Positions 8,606 through 18,317 of a stretch of 64,000 nucleotides of DNA are shown here, one piece after another. Where the stretch lies: the NCBI GenBank assembly GCA_038247415.1, contig JBBRUX010000002.1, positions 77,370-141,369 on the forward strand, given 5' to 3'. The DNA comes from Chitinivibrionales bacterium. Lineage in GTDB: Bacteria > Fibrobacterota > Chitinivibrionia > Chitinivibrionales > WJKA01. The notes under the pieces were generated by a model, which saw nothing but the letters and a program-made list of their open reading frames with translations, was not told the origin of the DNA and ran no database searches. The number at the start of each line of letters is the position of its first letter. The stretch's first letter is position 1. Position numbers and translations under genes: made by a program.

Positions 8606-10441
8606 TTATTGTTGCGCTACATACACCATGAGGATAGAAACATCAGCGGGGGTAACCCCAGAAATCCGGGCAGCCTGCCCGAGGGTGGCTGGTTTTATTG
8701 CAGAAAGCTTTATACGAGACTCTGTTAATAAACCTGGAATTGTTTGATAATTGATTGATTGTGGAATTGCGATAGTATCAATTTTTGCCATACGCTCAAC
8801 ATTTTGATTCTCACGAGCAACAAAGCCACTATACTTAACATCAGCTTCTACTCCACAAATAAGCTCTCTATCAATAACATTTAAATTTAAAAATGAAAGA
8901 ATATTTGTGAGAGAAACTTCCGGACGTTTAAGCACTTCGTAAGCCTTTGCTTGGGATGTAATTAAAGTATTACTAAAACGGTCGTTCCAAGAATTATGAT
9001 TAATCGTTGTAATTTTCAACGCACCAACCAGCTCTTTTTTTCCTTCCCAAAACTTTCTGCGCGCCCCAATTGTGTTTGCATCAACAAGATTAAGTGAATG
9101 AGCAATTTCCATAAGACGAAAATCTGCTGTATCTTGTCGCAATAATAATCGATGCTCAGCTCGAGAAGTAAACATACGATAGGGTTCTTGTGTACCCCTA
9201 GAAACCAGATCATCTATTAACACACCAATATATGCTGCATCTCGCTTAAGAACTAATGGTGGAAGCCCAAGGACCTTCTGCGCTGCATTAACACCAGCAA
9301 TTAAACCCTGGCCGCCAGCCTCTTCATATCCGGATGTTCCATTTATCTGCCCGGCAAAAAACAAACCCTCAACAACACGCGATTCTAGCGATGGATGCAA
9401 TTGCGTTGGGTGAAAAAAATCGTATTCAATCCCATACCCTGGTCGAATTATTTTGGCCGATTTTAAACCAGGAATACTTTGTACTAATTGAACTTGAACT
9501 TGAAATGGCAAACTCGTTGATAAACCATTCAAATACATTTCATGAGTATGTAAACCCTCAGGTTCTAAAAATAATGCATGGCCATCCCTCTCTCCAAACC
9601 TAACCACTTTATCTTCAATAGATGGACAATAACGAGGACCAACGCTTTGAATTTTACCAGTATAGAGGGGTGAGAAATTCAGATTATTTAAGATGATCGA
9701 ATGAGTATCCGCGCATGTTCGGGTTGCATAACAAACTACCTTATTGGTTGGTATTTCTTGCGTGCTAAACGAAAATGCCCAAGGAAAATCATCCCCGGGT
9801 TGCTTTTCCATTTTAGAAAAATCTACAGAACGACCATCTATTCGGGGAGAGGTGCCTGTTTTTAACCGACCACTTTTTATACCTAATTCTGCCAACGACT
9901 CTGTAAGTCCACACGATGCCGGCTCGCCGGTGCGCCCCCCAGGAAAAGAAGTGAGCCCCATATGAATAGTGCCTGATAAAAATGTTCCGTTAGCCAAAAC
10001 AATTGCTGTACATTCTATTACTTCGCTAGAATCCATAAGCACTGAAAAGGCCTTATTACTAACAGGATTTATTTTTTTAACCATCCCCTGCAAAAAAGAA
10101 ATCCCCATAACGGATTCAAGAAGCTCTCGACAATATGATCGATATGCATGCTTATCTGCTTGGGCCCTGTTACCCCAAACAGCCATACCTTTTGCGGTAT
10201 TTAACATCTTAAAATGAATACCGGTTTTATCAATTATTTTCCCCATGAGCCCACCCATGGCATCGATCTCCCGGACAATGTTCCCCTTGGCAATCCCACC
10301 AATAGCGGGATTGCACGACATGTGACCAATAAGATCGATGTGTGAAGTAATCATAAGCACACTAACACCGCGGTTTGCTGCAGCGTTTGCTGCTTCAACA
10401 CCGGCGTGTCCCCCTCCAATTACTACAACATCAAATTTCAT
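8606..10441 (-). CDS. mnmG: tRNA uridine 5-carboxymethylaminomethyl modification enzyme (GidA)
   Basis: GGGHAGVEAA, MSCNPAIGG, GPRYCPSIEDK, GQINGTSGYEEA, EPYRMFTSRAE. Confidence 0.98.
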   Translation of the reverse strand: MKFDVVVIGGGHAGVEAANAAANRGVSVLMITSHIDLIGHMSCNPAIGGIAKGNIVREIDAMGGLMGKIIDKTGIHFKMLNTAKGMAVWGNRAQADKHAYRSYCRELLESVMGISFLQGMVKKINPVSNKAFSVLMDSSEVIECTAIVLANGTFLSGTIHMGLTSFPGGRTGEPASCGLTESLAELGIKSGRLKTGTSPRIDGRSVDFSKMEKQPGDDFPWAFSFSTQEIPTNKVVCYATRTCADTHSIILNNLNFSPLYTGKIQSVGPRYCPSIEDKVVRFGERDGHALFLEPEGLHTHEMYLNGLSTSLPFQVQVQLVQSIPGLKSAKIIRPGYGIEYDFFHPTQLHPSLESRVVEGLFFAGQINGTSGYEEAGGQGLIAGVNAAQKVLGLPPLVLKRDAAYIGVLIDDLVSRGTQEPYRMFTSRAEHRLLLRQDTADFRLMEIAHSLNLVDANTIGARRKFWEGKKELVGALKITTINHNSWNDRFSNTLITSQAKAYEVLKRPEVSLTNILSFLNLNVIDRELICGVEADVKYSGFVARENQNVERMAKIDTIAIPQSINYQTIPGLLTESRIKLSAIKPATLGQAARISGVTPADVSILMVYVAQQ

Positions 10442-10452
10442 ACTTTTTCCAA

Positions 10453-10468
10453 TGTTTCACGTGAAACA
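10453..10468. promoter_or_regulatory. parS centromere site
   Basis: Perfect palindrome TGTTTCACGTGAAACA. Confidence 0.95.
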
Positions 10469-10502
10469 TCTTATGTTAAAATTGAGGCCATCAAAAGGGC
10501 TG

Positions 10503-10518
10503 TGTTTCACGTGAAACA
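10503..10518. promoter_or_regulatory. parS centromere site
   Basis: Perfect palindrome TGTTTCACGTGAAACA, 50 bp from the previous copy. Confidence 0.95.
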
Positions 10519-10519
10519 T

Positions 10520-11893
10520 TTATTTTCCAATACAAAATTTAGAGAATATCTCATTAATAACCTCTTCGCTGGTTGTTCTGCCAAAAAACTCATCAAACAG
10601 CAAAAGTGCCTTGGTAATACTTTGTGCATAAACGTCTTCGCCAAATTGTGCAACAGAATCTGCATAGGTAAGCGATTCAACCAACCTAGTTCCCAGATCT
10701 TCGTGACGTGAATTTAACATAACGGAGTGATCCATACAATCTAAATAATTTTCTTTTACCCAGCTTCCAACATAGCAAATGAGTTGCTCTCGAGATTCTG
10801 AATCAAACGAAGATATAGATAGAATTGGAATATTATTGTTTTTAAAAAACAATTCCTTGTTCGAATCTGTTGATAAGTCTATTTTGTTGATAACAGACCA
10901 AATCTTGCCCGCTACACCCTTATTCAAAATATCTGTTTCGTTGGCAATAAAGGGTTGGTTAGCTGGAGTTATCCACAACACTAGGTGTGCATGTGAACAA
11001 ACATCCCAACTCCTATCAATTCCAATTTGCTCAACGGGGTTATCAGAATTGCCAATACCTGCAGTATCAATAAGACATACTAAACTATTTTCAATTTCTA
11101 ACGATTCTGATACTAAATCTCGGGTGGTTCCTTCTGTTTCATGAACGATAGATCGATCACCACCTACAAGTATATTAAAAATAGTAGACTTACCTGCATT
11201 TTTAGGACCAAATAAAACAATTGTTAGCCCTTTTTCTAGGGTTTTTAATCGATCTCTGATGCATAATTCAGCTTCTATATCAGTCTTCAGTACGGATAAC
11301 TTCTCCAATATAGAGTTAAATTGTTCTGGATTTGGGGTTTCTTCTGGAAACTCTAGGCCAGATTCTAATAAAGAAAGCGCTGAAACGATTTCTTGTTTCC
11401 ACTGCATAATTTTTTTTGCAGATCCACCATGATACATTTCTAACGCTATTTTATGTTGAAGCGGGGTGTGTGCTTCGATCAATCCATGAATCGATTCTGC
11501 TTTTAAAATATCTAATTTTCCATTTAAAAATGCCCTGCGTGTAAACTCGCCTTTTCCAGCAAATCGCATACCCACAAAAACCAAGGTTTCAAGTATTGCT
11601 AATGGAACGAGTTTTCCCCCATGGCAGATAACTTCAACCATATCCTCACCAGAAAAGGATCTTGGGGAACAATATTTTATTGCTGTAATTTCATCAATAC
11701 AATTTTTAGTTGTGGGATGATAAATAGAATAAAGATGTATTGTGTTTGTGGTAGCTTTGAGAAAAAGGCTCCCCTTGGAGCCAAGACAAATAGCAAAAAG
11801 AACATGCGCATCTTTTCCGCTTATTCGCAGAATTGCTAGAGCGCCAACGCCCGGTGGGGTAGCGAGGGCAACTATGGTTTTTTGATCGTCCAT
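10520..11893 (-). CDS. mnmE: tRNA modification GTPase (TrmE)
   Basis: TIVALATPPG, GEFTRRAFLNGK, GPKNAGKS, GTTRD, DTAG, NKID, C-terminal FCIGK. Likely start at 11893. Confidence 0.97.
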   Translation of the reverse strand: MDDQKTIVALATPPGVGALAILRISGKDAHVLFAICLGSKGSLFLKATTNTIHLYSIYHPTTKNCIDEITAIKYCSPRSFSGEDMVEVICHGGKLVPLAILETLVFVGMRFAGKGEFTRRAFLNGKLDILKAESIHGLIEAHTPLQHKIALEMYHGGSAKKIMQWKQEIVSALSLLESGLEFPEETPNPEQFNSILEKLSVLKTDIEAELCIRDRLKTLEKGLTIVLFGPKNAGKSTIFNILVGGDRSIVHETEGTTRDLVSESLEIENSLVCLIDTAGIGNSDNPVEQIGIDRSWDVCSHAHLVLWITPANQPFIANETDILNKGVAGKIWSVINKIDLSTDSNKELFFKNNNIPILSISSFDSESREQLICYVGSWVKENYLDCMDHSVMLNSRHEDLGTRLVESLTYADSVAQFGEDVYAQSITKALLLFDEFFGRTTSEEVINEIFSKFCIGK

Positions 11894-11909
11894 ATGCCCC
11901 GCCTTTGTT

Positions 11910-13793
11910 TTAGCGCTTATGTGGTGCTGTTTTTGAAATGGTTCCAACCGTTACCGCAGATGCCCTAGCTGCTGTTTGTTTATCAATAATAAATTGCTGT
12001 AAAATTCCTAATGCGCTTTGAAATGTCCAATATATGACCAATCCCGACGAAAAACTATTAAACATAAAAAGGAAAAGAAGCGGCATTAAATAGATCATCA
12101 TTTTTTGATTTGGATCTTTAATGGTCATCTTATTTTGAAAATAAGTAAGAATAGCCATGACAATAGGAAGTAGCCCAATGGTAGTACCATACATTGGAAT
12201 ACCACCGGGAAGAATTTTTTGAAACAGCGGTGTAATAACCGGCAACGCCTCTGCTTGAGCTAAGTCGGTAATCCAGGGTACAACAGAGGTTGTTGCGCCC
12301 CTAATCTCTATTGATTTTTTTAGCACTACAAACAAGGCAAAAAACACGGGGATCTGTAAAAACATGGGCAAACAACCCGGATTGAAAGGATTAACACCCT
12401 CTATTTTATAAAGAGCCATTATTTCTTCGTTCATCTTTTTGGGATTAGCAGAATAGCGTTTCCTAAGATCTGTAATTTTTGGCTGCAAATCTTTCATTCT
12501 GCTCATCGATTTCATACTGCTTTGTGTCAGCGGATAGGTTGCAATCTTTAAAATTATGGTTATAAAAATGATGGCGATACCATAATCTTTAACAATATGC
12601 TGTAATTGAATTAAGAGCCATAAAACAAACTCTGCTACATAAGGAAACCACAAATCGGCTCTTAAAAGCCACTTCCATCCACTAAATAAGACCTTTTCGA
12701 ATTTTAAAGAATATGGTGTTAAATAGTCTAATTTTGTTGGACCAGCATAAATCCAATATGACTCAGTTGGACTTTCGGAATATCGCTTTATTGAAATTCC
12801 GTAATTAATTATTGGTGCACCTCTATTTTCAGGTGGTGCATAAGGATTTATTTCAGTAAAAGAAGAAACTGTGATTTCTGCATCTTTTACGGTATCAGCA
12901 ACAAGCGCAATTAAAAAATATTTGGACGAAATACCAGTCCAAGAATAGAACCCCGTATATTGTTCCTTCTCAACTTTTTTAGCAATAAAATGCTCCACGT
13001 TTTTTCCATCATAAACATGGGCTTTTTTAGGATCAAAATTGGCGCTTCCAACTGGTCCCAAATCTTCAGATTCATTAATTCCACATTCCCAACCTACTGC
13101 TACGTTTTTCCCTGAAAGTGCGCCAGATATCACAGAATAACCAATTTTGTACGTAGACCCATTAAACAAGAATTGCTTTTGAATGCCATTTTGAGCAGTA
13201 AACTTGACTCTTGCGGTATCTTTTTTAGAAAGAATTATTTGTTTCTTTTTATAGTGCGCATCTACAAAAAACAGTTGACTATCGTAGTTTACACCATTAA
13301 TGGAAAGGTTTGCCCCACCTTTTCCGTTTTGAGGCAACAGTTCAATAAAATTTTTAGAATCATGTGTGTAAACAACCTTTTTACCCTTCACTATATATTC
13401 ATATTCTTTCGTCTTAATCGAAGCAATCAACCCACCTTTTTCGGCTATTTTACATATATATTTATCTGTTTCAATAGTAATTGTATCAGCATTTGAATAC
13501 GTAGAATCGGTGGAGGTAAAAGCACTAATGGCTGACACTGGGACTGTTTGCGGTGGCACATTTGCTATATTTGTTATACCCTTTTCAGGCGCTTCGGATA
13601 ATGATGCGGGTTTATTAGGAGAAACCATTGCTGGTTTTGTATCTTGTGTTTGTTGCCGCGTAACCTTAAGTTTTTCCTCGGCAATTTCCTGAGGGGATCT
13701 CTTGCCCCATATAGTATGATAATAAAAAGGACTTTGAAAAAACCAAATAGCGCCTATAATAACTAAAAATCCGAAAATACTATTACGGTTCAC
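11910..13793 (-). CDS. yidC: Membrane protein insertase YidC
   Basis: DYGIAII..TI..K, GVNP..GCLPMFLQIPVFFALF, WITDL, SGLVIYW. Confidence 0.96.
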   Translation of the reverse strand: MNRNSIFGFLVIIGAIWFFQSPFYYHTIWGKRSPQEIAEEKLKVTRQQTQDTKPAMVSPNKPASLSEAPEKGITNIANVPPQTVPVSAISAFTSTDSTYSNADTITIETDKYICKIAEKGGLIASIKTKEYEYIVKGKKVVYTHDSKNFIELLPQNGKGGANLSINGVNYDSQLFFVDAHYKKKQIILSKKDTARVKFTAQNGIQKQFLFNGSTYKIGYSVISGALSGKNVAVGWECGINESEDLGPVGSANFDPKKAHVYDGKNVEHFIAKKVEKEQYTGFYSWTGISSKYFLIALVADTVKDAEITVSSFTEINPYAPPENRGAPIINYGISIKRYSESPTESYWIYAGPTKLDYLTPYSLKFEKVLFSGWKWLLRADLWFPYVAEFVLWLLIQLQHIVKDYGIAIIFITIILKIATYPLTQSSMKSMSRMKDLQPKITDLRKRYSANPKKMNEEIMALYKIEGVNPFNPGCLPMFLQIPVFFALFVVLKKSIEIRGATTSVVPWITDLAQAEALPVITPLFQKILPGGIPMYGTTIGLLPIVMAILTYFQNKMTIKDPNQKMMIYLMPLLFLFMFNSFSSGLVIYWTFQSALGILQQFIIDKQTAARASAVTVGTISKTAPHKR

Positions 13794-14038
13794 AATACTG
13801 TCCTTTCAGGTTTTACAGGATCATACCCACCACGAGAGAGTGGATTACACTTAAGAAAACGATATACAATTTTTGGTAAGGCAACATGCAACGGTAGTAC
13901 TTTAATAGCTTCTATTGCATATGCGCTACAAGACGGCTCATATTTGCATACGCCATCTGAGAACGGCACAACCAATTTAAAAAATCTAATAAAGATAGAA
14001 AAAATTATGGTTTTGATCTTTGAATACATTTCTGCCAT
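13790..14038 (-). CDS. yidD: Membrane protein insertion efficiency factor YidD
   Basis: CKYEPSCSAYAIEAI, KCNP...GGYDPV. Lies between rnpA and yidC. Confidence 0.9.
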   Translation of the reverse strand: MAEMYSKIKTIIFSIFIRFFKLVVPFSDGVCKYEPSCSAYAIEAIKVLPLHVALPKIVYRFLKCNPLSRGGYDPVKPERTVL

Positions 14039-14358
14039 GAATCAAATGATCCTACCTGTTTTTCGAATGAAAAATTCTGATGTGAAAGAGGCTTAATGAG
14101 AAGATTATAAAAAGGAGGACCGCTTCTTATACGTGATCTAAAAATCTCCCGACAAACACGTTTTATATAATTTCTTTCGACTGAACTACCAAGTTTTCTA
14201 GAAACTAAAACAGCCAGTCTATCAAATTTTTGGTTGTTTATACAAGAAATATAAACAACTCCATTACTACAAACCCATTGTTTTCCAGAACGCACAAGAA
14301 CAGATATTTCGCTTTTTCTATATATCCGTTCTTGTTTGGAAAAAGAATTGTTTTTCAA
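14005..14358 (-). CDS. rnpA: Ribonuclease P protein component
   Basis: FSKQERI and the RNR-type motif VSRKLGSSVERNYIKRVCREIFR. Conserved synteny. Confidence 0.92.
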   Translation of the reverse strand: MKNNSFSKQERIYRKSEISVLVRSGKQWVCSNGVVYISCINNQKFDRLAVLVSRKLGSSVERNYIKRVCREIFRSRIRSGPPFYNLLIKPLSHQNFSFEKQVGSFDSWQKCIQRSKP

Positions 14359-14517
14359 TTAAAGCCTGATTGAACGCTCTTCCGAAACAGTAAGCTTTTT
14401 GCGTCCTTTAGCACGACGTCTCTTTAAAACAATTTGTCCGTTTTTTGTTGCCATACGTGCACGAAAACCATGTTTATTAACACGTTTACGCTTAGATGGC
14501 TGAAATGTAGGCCCCAT
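14359..14517 (-). CDS. rpmH: 50S ribosomal protein L34 (absent from the ORF track, 52 aa)
   Basis: Manual translation [61 protein letters not shown]. Confidence 0.96.
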   Translation of the reverse strand: MGPTFQPSKRKRVNKHGFRARMATKNGQIVLKRRRAKGRKKLTVSEERSIRL

Positions 14518-14847
14518 GAAAAACTCCTTTAACTCAAATTAGTGTTGACTCAAACCGAATAAAAATGCTTTATCTTAAAAGGTATGTCAATTTTTTCTCT
14601 TTAAAATATGAACTAAAATCAACAACTACATTATTTAGTATTTAAATAGACAAATTTAACTACATATAGAGATCATTTGCTATTCCATGCGGGAAAAGAA
14701 CAAACGTTAATAGAATTAGTAAAAATAATAAATTTGCTAGAGTATTTATTAATAAAAATTGCTCGATTTCAAAACTTCTATAATAAGGCCAGATAGTATA
14801 TTAATCGTAGTTAAATTATTACCCGCTTATAAAAAAGATTAGATTAC

Positions 14848-16188
14848 ATGCATGAAATACTTTGGAAATCTATTCGTGACGATTTAGAAAAAAATATAGA
14901 TCGTTCTCGTTTTGAAACATGGGTTGCTCCATTATCGGTATCTTCCAACTCCGATGCTACAAAACTAATATTATGTGCTCCTAATCAATTTATTTGTGAT
15001 TTTTTATCAACAAACTACAAAGATAGTTTTTTATCGATATCAAAAAAATTATCTCTTTCTGTTAATGAAGTAGATTTTAAAGTAGAAAATAATCTTGTTG
15101 CCCAAATCCACGAACAAGAAATTCAAGTTGCAACCAATACTAGTTCATCTCCACAAAAAAATCTTTATCCACTCTTAAATAAGCGATTTTCTTTTGATTC
15201 CTTTATTGTTGGTTCTGGTAATGAATTTGCCAAAAGCGCAGCTTTAGCTGTTGCAGAAGCACCAGGAAAAACAAAATTTAATCCATTGCTCTTTTATGGT
15301 GGCGTAGGCTTAGGAAAAACGCATCTTTTGCAAGCTATAGGAAATTTTATACTCTCTCTTGGTAAAAACTATAAAGTTTCATATGTAACCTCAGAAGAGT
15401 TTTATTTAGAATTTATAGATGCAATTAAAACTAATACAACAAAAAAATTCACTGAGAAATATCGTACATCTGATATCCTCCTTGTAGATGATCTTCAGTT
15501 TTTTGCCGGTAAAGAATCTACTCAAGAAGAATTCTTTTACGTTTTTAATACGTTATATCAAAATGGCAAACAACTCGTATTAACATCAGATTTGCCTCCA
15601 AGCGCTCTACAAGGTCTGCAAGATAGACTTGTATCACGATTTCAATGGGGTTTATGCATTGATATACAACCACCTAATTTAGAAACTCGTGTAGCTATTC
15701 TAAAAAAGAAAGCTGAAGAAGATAGCTTAAATATACCAGAAACTGTTCTCTACTACATAGCTGAACATGTCTCTTCTAATATTAGAGAGCTAGAAGGTGT
15801 AGTAATAAGACTGCTTGCATATGCGTCTATCACGAAAACAGATATAACTATAGATCTCGTAACAAGTGTTCTAAAAAAATCTTATGATAAGGGAAATTCA
15901 AGAATTAGTATTGAAGAAGTCATTGAAAAAGTTGCAAATTATTATAAGGTTCCAATAAATAATATTAGAGAAAAGAATCGCAGAAAAGAAGTAGCAATTT
16001 GTCGACAAATAGCAATGTATATTACTAAATCAATAACAAATCATTCACTTAAAACAATAGGTCTCAATTTTGGTGGTAGAGACCATAGTACTGTAATTCA
16101 TGCTGTTCAAACCACCGAAAAATTAAAGAAAACAGATGAAACATTATTACGTGATATCAATTACATTATATCTATGCTTAAAAATTAA
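14848..16188 (+). CDS. dnaA: Chromosomal replication initiator DnaA
   Basis: NPLLFYGGVGLGKTHL, LVDDLQF, SRFQWGL, NIRELEG, FGGRDHSTVIHA. Confidence 0.99.
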   Translation: MHEILWKSIRDDLEKNIDRSRFETWVAPLSVSSNSDATKLILCAPNQFICDFLSTNYKDSFLSISKKLSLSVNEVDFKVENNLVAQIHEQEIQVATNTSSSPQKNLYPLLNKRFSFDSFIVGSGNEFAKSAALAVAEAPGKTKFNPLLFYGGVGLGKTHLLQAIGNFILSLGKNYKVSYVTSEEFYLEFIDAIKTNTTKKFTEKYRTSDILLVDDLQFFAGKESTQEEFFYVFNTLYQNGKQLVLTSDLPPSALQGLQDRLVSRFQWGLCIDIQPPNLETRVAILKKKAEEDSLNIPETVLYYIAEHVSSNIRELEGVVIRLLAYASITKTDITIDLVTSVLKKSYDKGNSRISIEEVIEKVANYYKVPINNIREKNRRKEVAICRQIAMYITKSITNHSLKTIGLNFGGRDHSTVIHAVQTTEKLKKTDETLLRDINYIISMLKN

Positions 16189-16439
16189 CAATTACATGCT
16201 CATAACCTGTTAATAAGTTATTAATATATTATTTTTAAAAGTAATAATAGCTTATCAACACAATCATAGTACGAGATATCAACAATTAAAAATTATATAA
16301 ATCAATAGGTTATAACAAATTAATACTTATCAACACCTCTTATATTATATCTAATTTTAATATAAAGGTAAGAATAAGAAGATACTATGTTAATAATAAA
16401 CAGTTGTGATCGTTATAAGTTTTTTAAACGGAGTTAGCT
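16189..16439. other. Putative replication origin oriC (dnaA-dnaN gap)
   Basis: Very AT-rich. TTATCAACA at 16252-16260 and 16327-16335, ATATCAACA at 16276-16284, TGTTAATAA at 16208-16216 and 16388-16396. Confidence 0.75.
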
Positions 16440-17585
16440 ATGAAAATTTTGACCTCAAAAAAAGACCTTCTTGGAATAATGCAAAAAGCATTTCCTGTGA
16501 TACCATCAAAAAGTACTATGCAGGCCCTTTCTAATTTCAAGATGTCATATTCGGGAAATTATTTAGAAATAACCGCTACCGATCTAGACCATTCTATAAA
16601 AGTAAAGCAAGCAGCATCTGGTGCTGGAGAATTTGATATTCTTGTAAATGCAAAAAAAATATTCGAAATAGTTCGAGAATTGCCAGAGGGGAATGAAACG
16701 ATTGCGGTTGATGAGAATATTTTTATTATTGAAAGCGAAAAAGGATTTTCTTGTCGCATAGCAGGAACAGACACTTCAGATTTTCCTTCTTTTCCTGTGA
16801 TAGAAGAAAAAACATCATTTGATATTAGAATATCGCAATTGTCAAGTATGATTGCAAAGTCCAGTTTTGCCGTTTCAAAAGATGAATCTCGCATGTGCTT
16901 ATGCGGCATATTGTGGGAAATAGAAGAAAACAGAATGGGAATGGTTGCAACAGACGGTCACCGTTTGGGTAATAGTGTTATTATTGGAAATTTTAATGTT
17001 TCTAGTAAAATATCCGTTATTGTTTCACCAAAAAGTCTCCTTCACATTGTAAGAATAATGGGTGCCGATGCTGCTCCCGATGCAGTGATACATGTATCTG
17101 TTGGTGATAAATATGTTTTATTTAGTAATGATTCGGTGCAGATATGTTCTAAATTAATAGACGGACCTTATCCTGATTATAAAAAAGTTATACCGGTAGA
17201 AAATCCCAAAAAAGCGCTCTTACAAAGAACTGTATTAGCTGATGCCGTTAGACGTGTTGGCGTGTTATCGAATCAAAAGACTAATTTAATTAAATGCATT
17301 TTTAGGGAACAAGAGCTTGAGCTTGTTGTGCTTAATAGAGATATTGGTGGTGAAGCACGTGAATTAATTCCGGTCGATTATAATGGCGAAGAACATGCTA
17401 TTGGATTTAATGGACAATATTTATCTGAAATATTAAATATTCTTTCTTTTGTTCCAACAGTTCGTATTGAAATGTCAACACAAATTGGAGCGTGCTTAAT
17501 ATTTCCAGAATTCGAAGATCCATCGAAAAAAGAGAGTGATGATTTATTTCTTATTATGCCTTTGAAAATCATGGAAGAAATGTAA
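16440..17585 (+). CDS. dnaN: DNA polymerase III beta sliding clamp
   Basis: ATDLD, MVATDGHRL, SKLIDGPYPDYKKVIP, IGFNGQYL, LIMPLK. Confidence 0.98.
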   Translation: MKILTSKKDLLGIMQKAFPVIPSKSTMQALSNFKMSYSGNYLEITATDLDHSIKVKQAASGAGEFDILVNAKKIFEIVRELPEGNETIAVDENIFIIESEKGFSCRIAGTDTSDFPSFPVIEEKTSFDIRISQLSSMIAKSSFAVSKDESRMCLCGILWEIEENRMGMVATDGHRLGNSVIIGNFNVSSKISVIVSPKSLLHIVRIMGADAAPDAVIHVSVGDKYVLFSNDSVQICSKLIDGPYPDYKKVIPVENPKKALLQRTVLADAVRRVGVLSNQKTNLIKCIFREQELELVVLNRDIGGEARELIPVDYNGEEHAIGFNGQYLSEILNILSFVPTVRIEMSTQIGACLIFPEFEDPSKKESDDLFLIMPLKIMEEM

Positions 17586-17652
17586 TTTTAAAAAGTAAAC
17601 AAATACATTTTAGGATTAATAAACCAATAATTTTTTAAACCAAGGAGTACAT

Positions 17653-18294
17653 ATGAAAAAAGTACGAAATGCAGTATTAGCTGTATGTGCAGTATGTTTG
17701 TGTGCTGTTCCTGTTTTTGCTTTAAGAGGATTACTCGAAAAACCACTCTTTTTTGTTAATGCAAATGGGAAAATAGAAAAACAGGGTTACTGGATGATTA
17801 ACCTTGGTAAATATGATGTAACGCTCAATAGAAAATTTGCTGGAGAGGAAATGAAAGCAATTGAAACATCAATTGACCTCTTTATGACATCATCTGGCTA
17901 TATCCAGGCAAGTGGATATTCGGAAAAAGGTAAAATTGAATGTAGTGCTCTGATGATGGTAAAAACACCGAGTGGTGATCGAAAAATTGAGGTTGGAGAA
18001 ATTGATTGTTTAACGGATAATGGAACAAAAGTGAAATTGACAGATTCTACAACGGGTGATTTAGTGTTGGATATTGAAAAAAATCAGATGCTTATTAAAA
18101 AAATGCAAGTTAGAGTATATAAGTTTCAAGCAGATGAATATGGCGAAAATGTATTAAAAGAACAAACATCTAATACAGACATTCCGATAACCGCATGGGC
18201 ATTTTCTGCTGCAAGTTTAAAAACCGCATTAAATTTACCTGCAAATACGACAGTTATAGATACCGATCCTCCTGCTAAAAAAGGAAAAAAATAA
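17653..18294 (+). CDS. Hypothetical exported protein
   Basis: AAGGAG RBS and signal peptide (MKKVRNAVLAVCAVCLCAVPVFA). No recognised family. Confidence 0.75.
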   Translation: MKKVRNAVLAVCAVCLCAVPVFALRGLLEKPLFFVNANGKIEKQGYWMINLGKYDVTLNRKFAGEEMKAIETSIDLFMTSSGYIQASGYSEKGKIECSALMMVKTPSGDRKIEVGEIDCLTDNGTKVKLTDSTTGDLVLDIEKNQMLIKKMQVRVYKFQADEYGENVLKEQTSNTDIPITAWAFSAASLKTALNLPANTTVIDTDPPAKKGKK

Positions 18295-18317
18295 GAGCTG
18301 GATAAAAGGATAGTAGC

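Noticed and set aside
10453..10518. CRISPR-like repeat-spacer-repeat
   Set aside because: Only two 16-bp units, identical to the parS consensus, and no cas genes.
10406..10711. ORF containing VSRET/FHVKH peptides
   Set aside because: These are translations of the parS palindromes, and the ORF overlaps mnmG and mnmE antisense.
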